Below, one piece after another: positions 57,512 through 64,000 of a stretch of DNA of 64,000 bases. The notes beneath the pieces were generated by a model, which saw only the letters and a list, made by a program, of their open reading frames with translations, was not told the origin of the DNA and ran no database searches. Made by a program: the position numbers and the translations under genes. The stretch lies in sequence record MG752970.1; one strand, written 5' to 3'. The stretch's first letter is position 1. Each line of letters starts with the position of its first letter.

Positions 57512-58072
57512 TCACTGAGAAAAGAACTTCTTCCAGTTGTCATCAGACATCAAGTACTCTTGAAAGTCAAACACATCCCGAAACACCGCACCTGTCTCCC
57601 AGCCATCAAACGTGACATCGTAGTCAGAACCCCAATACGTGAGCTGACAATCCCCTCGTTTAATCTCAAACTGCTTTCCGCTTCCCAGTATTACATCAAA
57701 CTCAGATAACGGTATCACGCACTCCTCGATCTCAACCTCATCGACCTTCTCTGATATGTACTTTCCCAACCCATTCTCAAACTTAGTATTAAACAGACGC
57801 AGTCTCTCAGCCTTCGGCCAATTGAAATAATCTAGAATTCTGCAGTTTGCTAATGAAACCACTCTAACTGAATCTACTGGAAAGTAAAACCTAGCAAGCT
57901 TACCATTACTTCCTAATGTACACTCATGTACATCGGTTAATACGCCATCTTTTATTCTAGAAGCTATATCTGCTAAACTTAATACACCTGCATTCCGAGT
58001 TACAGTAAACGTTTCTTTAAGCTTTTTAGCTAACTGTTTACTATTCTGACTCTTGATTTCTCTTACAAGCAT
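57512..58072 (-). CDS. FDxQDW-domain family, long form, array member 1
   Basis: MLVREI; VRVVSLANCRILDYFNWPKAERLRL; DVFDFQEYLMSDD. Confidence 0.8.
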   Translation of the reverse strand: MLVREIKSQNSKQLAKKLKETFTVTRNAGVLSLADIASRIKDGVLTDVHECTLGSNGKLARFYFPVDSVRVVSLANCRILDYFNWPKAERLRLFNTKFENGLGKYISEKVDEVEIEECVIPLSEFDVILGSGKQFEIKRGDCQLTYWGSDYDVTFDGWETGAVFRDVFDFQEYLMSDDNWKKFFSQ

Positions 58073-58354
58073 CCTAAACCTTTATCCTTACCGAATAAAA
58101 CATTTTCATCTTTTATTTACTGTATCTTATATACCAGAATCCCTAATACATAAGCCGCGAAGCGGCCCCTACACTCCCCGGATGTTTCTATAGCTCAGAA
58201 ACATTCCCGATGTATATAAGAACCTACAAACTCTGGTCTCGCGGTCTATGGTATCACACCGTCTCAGCGCTCAGGCGATTCAAAACGGTCCCAAGCGAAT
58301 TCTAGAATGTATAAAACCTAGGTAAAGGATGGAAAGGATTTCGAAAATGGGCGT

Positions 58355-58362
58355 TATTTATA
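58355..58362 (-). promoter_or_regulatory. T4-type late promoter TATAAATA
   Basis: Exact motif pointing into the long-form array; second TAAATA at 58114-58119. Confidence 0.6.
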
Positions 58363-58744
58363 GGGAGAAAAAGTGAGGGTTGGATAACGTTTGGAAAGCA
58401 TCGGAAAACCTTGGATATGAGCGCGTAAAAACGAAGGCCTCACACTCACACAGGATAACACTCGGCCGTCTACAAACCATCCCCCTAATGCACATCTGTT
58501 CCTGTATGTACGAGGCCACTAATCCCGGAGAGTTTCGCCCAGAAAACTAAGGGGTCTGGAGGCATTTTGTGTATCGTTTCGATGATTTCATACCTCTGCA
58601 GACTTACCTGAGGTACTCAGAGATGATTCGTTATGCTTGTTGATGTGCACAGTATCGAAATGTAGTAGATGATCTGAGCATCGTCTGTATGTTTCGAGTG
58701 TTCCATATAGTGCCGGAACACTTTGCACACTATTCCATAGATAC

Positions 58745-58774
58745 ATTATACACTACTGGTTTCGAAATGTACAC
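58745..58774 (-). promoter_or_regulatory. Sigma70-like promoter TGTACA-17-TATAAT
   Basis: Perfect -10, 17-nt spacer; no convincing ORF downstream. Confidence 0.6.
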
Positions 58775-59017
58775 TTTAGGCACATTCTTTTCGAACTATG
58801 ATACAGAATTTCAACAATTATCAAACCCATGGCATATTGTTTCACAGAATTCCTAGATCATAGTCAAATATTCTACAGAATTTCGAACTAGGATCCCCTG
58901 TTACACTTTAAATTTCTACTATGTACAAAAGTATGGTACAATATTAATAATGGAAAAGGGACGTCCCTCGCCGGGCCCCTCCTTCTGGGTTCTTCTGAAT
59001 GTTTGGTATAGACCCAG

Positions 59018-59203
59018 TCAATTTTTCTCTACGGGTTTGCACATCTCATCTACGATGAAAGCAAATTCTAGAGCTTCTCTGCTAGCTTTTTCGATCTTGA
59101 TGAGCTTGTTCTGCTGATACTTAGGTAGATCGTTGAAGCTCTTGCCTGTTTCCTTCTCATACAGACTTTCGGCAGCAGCTCGATCCTCAGGTAGATGGTT
59201 CAT
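59018..59203 (-). CDS. Hypothetical protein
   Basis: Last ORF of the mini-gene operon. Confidence 0.55.
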   Translation of the reverse strand: MNHLPEDRAAAESLYEKETGKSFNDLPKYQQNKLIKIEKASREALEFAFIVDEMCKPVEKN

Positions 59204-59204
59204 G

Positions 59205-59441
59205 TCAGTATGCGGAGAAGAAGTCGATCATCCATTCTTGAAAATCGAAGATGTCGTCCATGCAGACAGAGTATGTAACATATCTGTTAGGATGAACCTC
59301 GACATATTCATCGTGCAAAGTGATCTGAATTAGTCCGTTAATAAAGACCACAAAGCTGCTGGGAGCGACCACGTTCAGAGTCTTGGTTGTCAGAGCATGA
59401 CAATCAGTAACCACCTCCAAGATGTCAATGATCGTAATCAT
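59205..59441 (-). CDS. FDxQDW-domain family, stand-alone mini protein
   Basis: DIFDFQEWMIDFF. Confidence 0.75.
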   Translation of the reverse strand: MITIIDILEVVTDCHALTTKTLNVVAPSSFVVFINGLIQITLHDEYVEVHPNRYVTYSVCMDDIFDFQEWMIDFFSAY

Positions 59442-59485
59442 TTGAAGAAAAGTGAATGTGAGAACGGGCCTCCGGACAATTCTTC

Positions 59486-59701
59486 TTACTTCTTGATCGT
59501 GAACAGATGCAGTGTTTGCTCGAGATGTCGATGGGCGTAGTTCATACCACCGTATTCTCGAAGCGGTTCAGGTACATGACGATCGTAAATCTCTTTGAGA
59601 GCAATCTGTCGAAGACGTTCTTCCTCGGGTTTGTCGTTGGCTTCGATGGCGTCGAGGATCTTAGAAACCAGAGTGAGGAGGGTGGTGTTCTTTACAGGCA
59701 T
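59486..59701 (-). CDS. Hypothetical protein
   Basis: Short ORF. Confidence 0.55.
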   Translation of the reverse strand: MPVKNTTLLTLVSKILDAIEANDKPEEERLRQIALKEIYDRHVPEPLREYGGMNYAHRHLEQTLHLFTIKK

Positions 59702-59728
59702 GGGAGTTTTGGTATAGCGCCGGGTGAA

Positions 59729-59827
59729 TTACAGATGAACTGGAGATACGTACATGAGACCGAGAATCAGACCGATGTAGATCATGAAGACGATCGATGC
59801 ACCGATTGCAAAGTGAATGTCTTTCAT
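59729..59827 (-). CDS. 32-aa single-TM peptide
   Basis: Own translation MKDIHFAIGASIVFMIYIGLILGLMYVSPVHL; ATGA overlap with upstream gene. Confidence 0.55.
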   Translation of the reverse strand: MKDIHFAIGASIVFMIYIGLILGLMYVSPVHL

Positions 59828-60060
59828 TTTGTCAGATCCTCGATGAACTCGATCTCGGCGTTGATTCGTTCCAGCTCTTTGTCGTAGCCGAGACGAACAA
59901 ATTTCGAGTGAGCATCGTTTTGCGCGTACTCATCGATCAAAAATGCGGGATAGCTGGTTGTAGGATACGCTTTAGCCGCTTTCTCTACAAAGTGCTGGTA
60001 CATTTGATCGAGAAAACGCTTTCGACCTTTGAGGATCAGGAGCTCAGATGAGAGGGTCAT
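59824..60060 (-). CDS. Hypothetical protein
   Basis: Short ORF downstream of TATAAT at 60090-60095. Confidence 0.55.
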   Translation of the reverse strand: MTLSSELLILKGRKRFLDQMYQHFVEKAAKAYPTTSYPAFLIDEYAQNDAHSKFVRLGYDKELERINAEIEFIEDLTK

Positions 60061-60131
60061 GATTAGAATCCACTGGGTTTGTAGATTCTATTATACACTG
60101 GGTTCGAACTTATGGTTACGTTGTTACAATT

Positions 60132-60314
60132 TCAGTAGAGTTCCAGAGCTTCTTGACGAACGTCTTCCTTCTGGGTTTGACTGTTGATCTTATCAACAGC
60201 AACGTTTGCGTCTGCTTCAGTATCGAACTCGATGACTGAGGTATGGATCGAGCAGCCTGCACCGCTAGGGTAATCTGAATACACCATGCGAGTAGTAACT
60301 AGAATCTTGAACAT
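60132..60314 (-). CDS. Hypothetical protein
   Basis: AGGAG RBS; IEFDTEADANVA. Confidence 0.6.
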   Translation of the reverse strand: MFKILVTTRMVYSDYPSGAGCSIHTSVIEFDTEADANVAVDKINSQTQKEDVRQEALELY

Positions 60315-60324
60315 CTGGAAACTC

Positions 60325-60552
60325 CTATAGACGGTTGGTGATGATCCAATCTTGAAGATGAAAGATGGACTTTAGGCTGAAGACTTTGTGAACTCGTTGA
60401 TCAAACAGAAAAATTTCGTCATACACGAAGATTCGAATCTTTAGCAGCGGAAGATCGATTGTTCTCTGGCGAGTATCTACACAGGTGTCTTCTGTTGGTA
60501 CTAGATCTACCAGACATTCCAACACGTCAATGAGAGCCTGATGCGTAGACAT
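60325..60552 (-). CDS. FDxQDW-domain family, stand-alone mini protein
   Basis: SIFHLQDWIITNRL. Confidence 0.75.
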   Translation of the reverse strand: MSTHQALIDVLECLVDLVPTEDTCVDTRQRTIDLPLLKIRIFVYDEIFLFDQRVHKVFSLKSIFHLQDWIITNRL

Positions 60553-60553
60553 T

Positions 60554-60784
60554 TCAGCAGAAGGTCGTAACTATCCAGTCCTGCAGATCGAACAGAGATT
60601 CAAAGCGCAGTGGTATATTCGTTCCCAATAGTTGACCATGATACGTAGTAATAGAATGTCCCTGGTTGTACAGCGTAAATGTTGGAAGCTCTACGTTTAG
60701 GCAATCGAGACTTGGTACTTCATACACAACCGATTTAGGTAGAAGATCCCGTACGCAGTCTGCAATTTCTGTTAAGCTGAACAT
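60554..60784 (-). CDS. FDxQDW-domain family, stand-alone mini protein
   Basis: SLFDLQDWIVTTFC. Confidence 0.8.
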   Translation of the reverse strand: MFSLTEIADCVRDLLPKSVVYEVPSLDCLNVELPTFTLYNQGHSITTYHGQLLGTNIPLRFESLFDLQDWIVTTFC

Positions 60785-61012
60785 TTATAGTAAATTGGTT
60801 ACTATCCAGTCCTGCAGATCGAAGAGAGACCTGAAGAGCACTGGATTCATCAATGATTGTCCATGAAACAGTGAAATGTGATTGTCATAAATGTACAGAC
60901 TCAACGGCGGAACATCTACACCCACCTTGTCCAGATTCGGTATCTCGTATACGATAGATTTAGGTAGAAGATCTCGTATACAGTCTGCAACCTCTTTAAC
61001 GGTGATATTCAT
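60785..61012 (-). CDS. FDxQDW-domain family, stand-alone mini protein
   Basis: SLFDLQDWIVTNLL. Confidence 0.8.
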   Translation of the reverse strand: MNITVKEVADCIRDLLPKSIVYEIPNLDKVGVDVPPLSLYIYDNHISLFHGQSLMNPVLFRSLFDLQDWIVTNLL

Positions 61013-61238
61013 CGCAATGGCTTATTACCCAGTCTTGAAGATCGAATAGTGATGATAGCATTTCGTGTTTCTGTAATCCCATATCACGCCAGTAGACCTG
61101 CACATTGTCGGCGCAAATGTAGATAATTAGTTCTGGACAACCTACATCTACACGTCTTAGATTCTCGAACTCATAGATGGCAGCACGTGGAAACAAATCC
61201 TGCATGCATTGACCGAGTTCCTTCACCGTACAGATCAT
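60996..61238 (-). CDS. FDxQDW-domain family, stand-alone mini protein
   Basis: SLFDLQDWVISHC. Confidence 0.8.
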   Translation of the reverse strand: MICTVKELGQCMQDLFPRAAIYEFENLRRVDVGCPELIIYICADNVQVYWRDMGLQKHEMLSSLFDLQDWVISHCDEYHR

Positions 61239-61471
61239 AACAGATTAGTAACCACCCAGTCTTGGAAATCAAACAGGTCTGAGAACGTTCGTGGTTCTCG
61301 AAATGGGATTGTGTTGTAAACCGAAATCAAACCATTCATCAAGAAGATGGTGATCGGAATTCCCTTGATCCACTGAGTTGCTGGAAGTCCTAGCATCATC
61401 GGAGTAGCAGCATTCCTAAACTTGTCACCAACGATGCTGGCTAGAACGTCGTTAATTTCGTCTGCTGTCAT
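61235..61471 (-). CDS. FDxQDW-domain family, stand-alone mini protein
   Basis: DLFDFQDWVVTNLL. Confidence 0.8.
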   Translation of the reverse strand: MTADEINDVLASIVGDKFRNAATPMMLGLPATQWIKGIPITIFLMNGLISVYNTIPFREPRTFSDLFDFQDWVVTNLL

Positions 61472-61474
61472 TTG

Positions 61475-61708
61475 CTACACCATGTTAGCTATCACCCAGT
61501 CCTGAAAGTCGAAGATGTCGGTAAAGATTGTACAGTGTCCGCGGACGCCGGCGTCATACACTCGAATTTGATGATCAACAAAAACAGAGAATGGACCCTT
61601 TTCAAACCAAATGCTTTTCGTGACGTCATTACTACCTTCGCCTAGGTATACCTTGTTCTTATTTCCAAGGGCATCTTTTAAGATACTAATAACTTCTTCG
61701 GGGTTCAT
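61475..61708 (-). CDS. FDxQDW-domain family, stand-alone mini protein
   Basis: DIFDFQDWVIANMV. Confidence 0.8.
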   Translation of the reverse strand: MNPEEVISILKDALGNKNKVYLGEGSNDVTKSIWFEKGPFSVFVDHQIRVYDAGVRGHCTIFTDIFDFQDWVIANMV

Positions 61709-61998
61709 TTAGTCAGGTAGTGGCTCGAACCTACGCACACGATACAAACGAGAACGTTGAAGATGAGATTGTAGAACTGCATCTTCTTGATGTGATCCTT
61801 CAGCTTGTTAAACCGAGTACTGAACGCTCCACCATCCGAGAACACATCGTTGATCCTGTTCTCGATCTTACCAAGAACGCATAGATAGAAAACCTGTGCG
61901 ATCAAGAGAATCGCCGTCAGGATGAACGTATACATCTTCAGGTTTTCGATCGTGAAATGGTCGTACATGATTGTTAGGTCGGGTTTGTCAGGTATCAT
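61705..61998 (-). CDS. Two-TM membrane protein
   Basis: Two hydrophobic helices. Confidence 0.6.
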   Translation of the reverse strand: MIPDKPDLTIMYDHFTIENLKMYTFILTAILLIAQVFYLCVLGKIENRINDVFSDGGAFSTRFNKLKDHIKKMQFYNLIFNVLVCIVCVGSSHYLTK

Positions 61999-62104
61999 TG
62001 TAAGTTGTATACACTCCTAAGAACATCGCAGGAACCCGGCTATATCTATATAGCGCAGTCCAGAATGTAACGGAAACGAACACTCCGGAAAAAGTGTAAC
62101 AACC

Positions 62105-62226
62105 TAGACATTTTCCTGGAGTTAGGTTATAATCTTCTTAACGCAGGAAAACAAAAACCTGCAAGCAGTAAATCAGATTAACGGTTACACTTTCAGATTG
62201 TACAAAACCGGGAATCTTGATATAAT
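62105..62226 (+). promoter_or_regulatory. Tandem sigma70-like promoters
   Basis: TAGACA-17-TATAAT (62105-62133) and TTGTAC-17-TATAAT (62198-62226). Confidence 0.7.
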
Positions 62227-62260
62227 TACCTACATCAACAAACGAAACGGAGAATTCCAA

Positions 62261-62893
62261 ATGACTTTCAAGTTCGCAGTTGGTCAGATCGCTCAAGTTA
62301 CTTCGGTTAAGGGTACCCGCACCGGTGAAATCGTAGCTCGTCGGATGGTCGGTCCCGAAGGTGAACAGAAAGCGGAATACAAGCTCAAGGGCGACAAGAA
62401 CTACCTCGCTGAAAAGAGCATCTCCGTTTCGACGGCAGAACATGCAGCACCCGAAGCTTCGGCTCCGGCAACCACGAATCAAGTTGTAGAAACCCCGGCT
62501 GCAGCACCGGCTCCTGCTGCAAATACCAACCCCGGTGCTAAGCGCCAACGCAAGGAGAAGACCATGAAGACCGATGCAGAAAAGACCGCCAAGGAACTGG
62601 TGAACGATTTCCTGGTTGCCAACGGTGTCGCAGTCAACCCGAAGTTCGCCGACGAGTACATCGGCAACCACAAGGTGTCGCTGGACGGTTTCGAACTCAC
62701 GATGCCGAAGCTGAACTTCAACGCCGTCGTGAAGCGTGTCGGCAAGGCGATCGGCAAGGAAGGTACCCAAGCTGATCTGCAGGCCGAAGACGAAACGATC
62801 GTCGGCACCGAGTACAGCTGGAAGGTGAAGGGCAAGACGCTGACCCTGCACAAGGACTACAACACCGGCGCCTTCACGGTGCAAGTGCAGTAA
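62261..62893 (+). CDS. GC-rich early protein: SH3/KOW-like N-domain, Ala/Pro linker, C-domain
   Basis: GGAGA RBS before ATG 62261; PAAAPAPAA linker; GC-ending codons. Confidence 0.7.
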   Translation: MTFKFAVGQIAQVTSVKGTRTGEIVARRMVGPEGEQKAEYKLKGDKNYLAEKSISVSTAEHAAPEASAPATTNQVVETPAAAPAPAANTNPGAKRQRKEKTMKTDAEKTAKELVNDFLVANGVAVNPKFADEYIGNHKVSLDGFELTMPKLNFNAVVKRVGKAIGKEGTQADLQAEDETIVGTEYSWKVKGKTLTLHKDYNTGAFTVQVQ

Positions 62894-62966
62894 TTCTGAA
62901 AGCGGCCGAGGGTTGCTGGTTCTGACTAACGTTGGAACCAGCCCTTTTGGCATCTAGGAGCAGGAA

Positions 62967-63335
62967 ATGTATTTTCCTATGGGCAAGACCGATGCTTTGG
63001 ACACAATTCGGAAGTATGAATCCGGGTTTGTCAGTGATAGCATGGTGGAAGCATGTATTGATTTCTTCATCATGCTACATCCCGATCCACAAAGCCCTTT
63101 TCCTGAAGTTCCATACCAAGAGCTGCAGGAACGCTTCAAAACCGAAATTGAAACCGCCAAGCGCATGGTTGCTCAGTATGGATCTCAGATCCAGCCTCAA
63201 ACCCTTCCTCACATGCGCGGCGAGTTTTACAGGTTCTCTAACAGCATGAAGTACCTGTACAACAGCGAGACAATCGCTGTAACCAGGAATCTGCTGAACG
63301 AGTGCTGGAATGGTATTGGCCCCTGGAGAGAATGA
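62967..63335 (+). CDS. Hypothetical protein
   Basis: AGGA RBS. Confidence 0.6.
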   Translation: MYFPMGKTDALDTIRKYESGFVSDSMVEACIDFFIMLHPDPQSPFPEVPYQELQERFKTEIETAKRMVAQYGSQIQPQTLPHMRGEFYRFSNSMKYLYNSETIAVTRNLLNECWNGIGPWRE

Positions 63336-63778
63336 TGAACATCCGCTGGAACTTCGAAGCACTGATGGGCGATATCGAGAAGAATATCGCAAAGCACGGT
63401 TTCATGACGATCGCGGTAGGTGGAACCCGTCGACAACCTGGTTTTCACTACACCATCGGTCTGACTGATACCTTCGGGTTTGAGATCATCATCTTTGGTT
63501 TGTCGTTCGAAATCGGTCACATCATTCTGAACGACATCTACCGACATGGCAAACCTGAGCTTGACATTCCTCTTGATACGGTCGGAAGTCATCCGGTCAT
63601 GTTCAAGGAATGCAATGATGCTCTCGCCAAGCAATACGCGGTTCAGGCATTCAACTATTATAACGAACCGCTCAAGATCGTACAGATGGTTATCAGTGAT
63701 CGGGCAGGTAAGCTTCCTGGTGATCCTGAATTCAACCATATGTACATGGACGCCGCTCAACCTCTTCTGTACCGGTGA
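63332..63778 (+). CDS. DUF4262-like protein
   Basis: IAKHG...GFHYTIGL...EIIIFGL...SDRAGKLPGDP. Confidence 0.8.
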   Translation: MMNIRWNFEALMGDIEKNIAKHGFMTIAVGGTRRQPGFHYTIGLTDTFGFEIIIFGLSFEIGHIILNDIYRHGKPELDIPLDTVGSHPVMFKECNDALAKQYAVQAFNYYNEPLKIVQMVISDRAGKLPGDPEFNHMYMDAAQPLLYR

Positions 63779-63782
63779 CAAC

Positions 63783-63995
63783 ATGACGTATCAAGAAATC
63801 AAAGGTCAGATTCTCAAGCACCTGCGGCAAGCTATGGAACCCGGTCAAACAAAAGACGATCTCATCGGTCATATCGACAGCATCGTCACTCAGCAGGGTA
63901 ACGCCGAGTTGCTAAATCGGGCTGAGTCATATAACGCTAAACGTCTCGGTGAAGAATCCATCAGGGTGATTCTGAGACTTCTGCTGGACGTATAG
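63783..63995 (+). CDS. Hypothetical protein
   Basis: MTYQEIKGQILKHL, coupled ORF. Confidence 0.6.
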   Translation: MTYQEIKGQILKHLRQAMEPGQTKDDLIGHIDSIVTQQGNAELLNRAESYNAKRLGEESIRVILRLLLDV

Positions 63996-64000
63996 GAGAT

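Larger units (their letters stand above)
58073..59017. other. ~950-bp non-coding region, candidate replication origin/regulatory hub
   Basis: No long ORF; GCGAAGC mini-hairpin, short direct repeats, early- and late-type promoters. Confidence 0.45.

Noticed and set aside
58600-58710. 29-aa ORF (MEHSKHTDDAQ...) after the 58745 promoter
   Set aside because: No RBS or recognisable features; treated as non-coding
51363-61708. CRISPR array or diversity-generating retroelement as the source of the repeats
   Set aside because: Repeats are protein-level paralogy; no constant repeat-spacer period, no reverse transcriptase, no adenine-specific template/variable pair
62028-62044. gcaggaacccggctata resembling the RNase P RNA 3' conserved region
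   Set aside because: No GAGGAAAGUCC partner upstream; flanked by coding DNA and promoters
62138-62953. 271-aa minus-strand ORF and other overlapping frames
   Set aside because: Antisense to the GC-rich gene; open frames are expected with that codon bias
1-64000. Stop-codon reassignment; tRNA genes
   Set aside because: Core genes are full length under the standard code, TAG and TGA both end genes, and no cloverleaf with a T-loop was found

Overview
64-kb segment of a jumbo tailed-phage genome (T4-like core, standard genetic code, AT-rich overall). No tRNA, rRNA, CRISPR array, intron or complete mobile element was seen. All family assignments are from motif recognition by eye; no database searches were run. 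Left to right: (i) late-promoter-led modification locus (carbamoyltransferase truncated at the edge, three SGNH-like paralogues, radical SAM, a 36-aa DPFIY peptide); (ii) replication and nucleotide metabolism (DNA ligase, two nucleotidyltransferases, minimal DnaE-like polymerase split over two genes, gp44/gp62-like clamp loader, GroES, dCMP deaminase, thioredoxin, NrdAB); (iii) GH108 endolysin, UvsW/UvsY/UvsX/gp32; (iv) accessory enzymes (HNH-RNA ligase, HAD nucleotidase, APS-kinase-like, 2H phosphoesterase, orphan IS5 N-terminal domain); (v) packaging and virion genes (large and small terminase, gp4-like nuclease, tail-tube/baseplate-like protein) around ORFs with T4 capsid-targeting-like N-termini; (vi) secreted PLD nuclease followed by a ~430-nt candidate structured ncRNA; (vii) the standout feature, an unannotated ~70-aa domain ending in (D/S)xF(D/E)xQ(D/E)(W/Y) in 21 genes. 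It occurs as 11 tandem ~200-aa late proteins (MKLxEI-type N-terminus, short LRR-like middle, domain), three dispersed copies, and seven stand-alone ~75-aa mini-genes in the early-type region. The two arrays flank a ~950-bp non-coding, origin-like gap.
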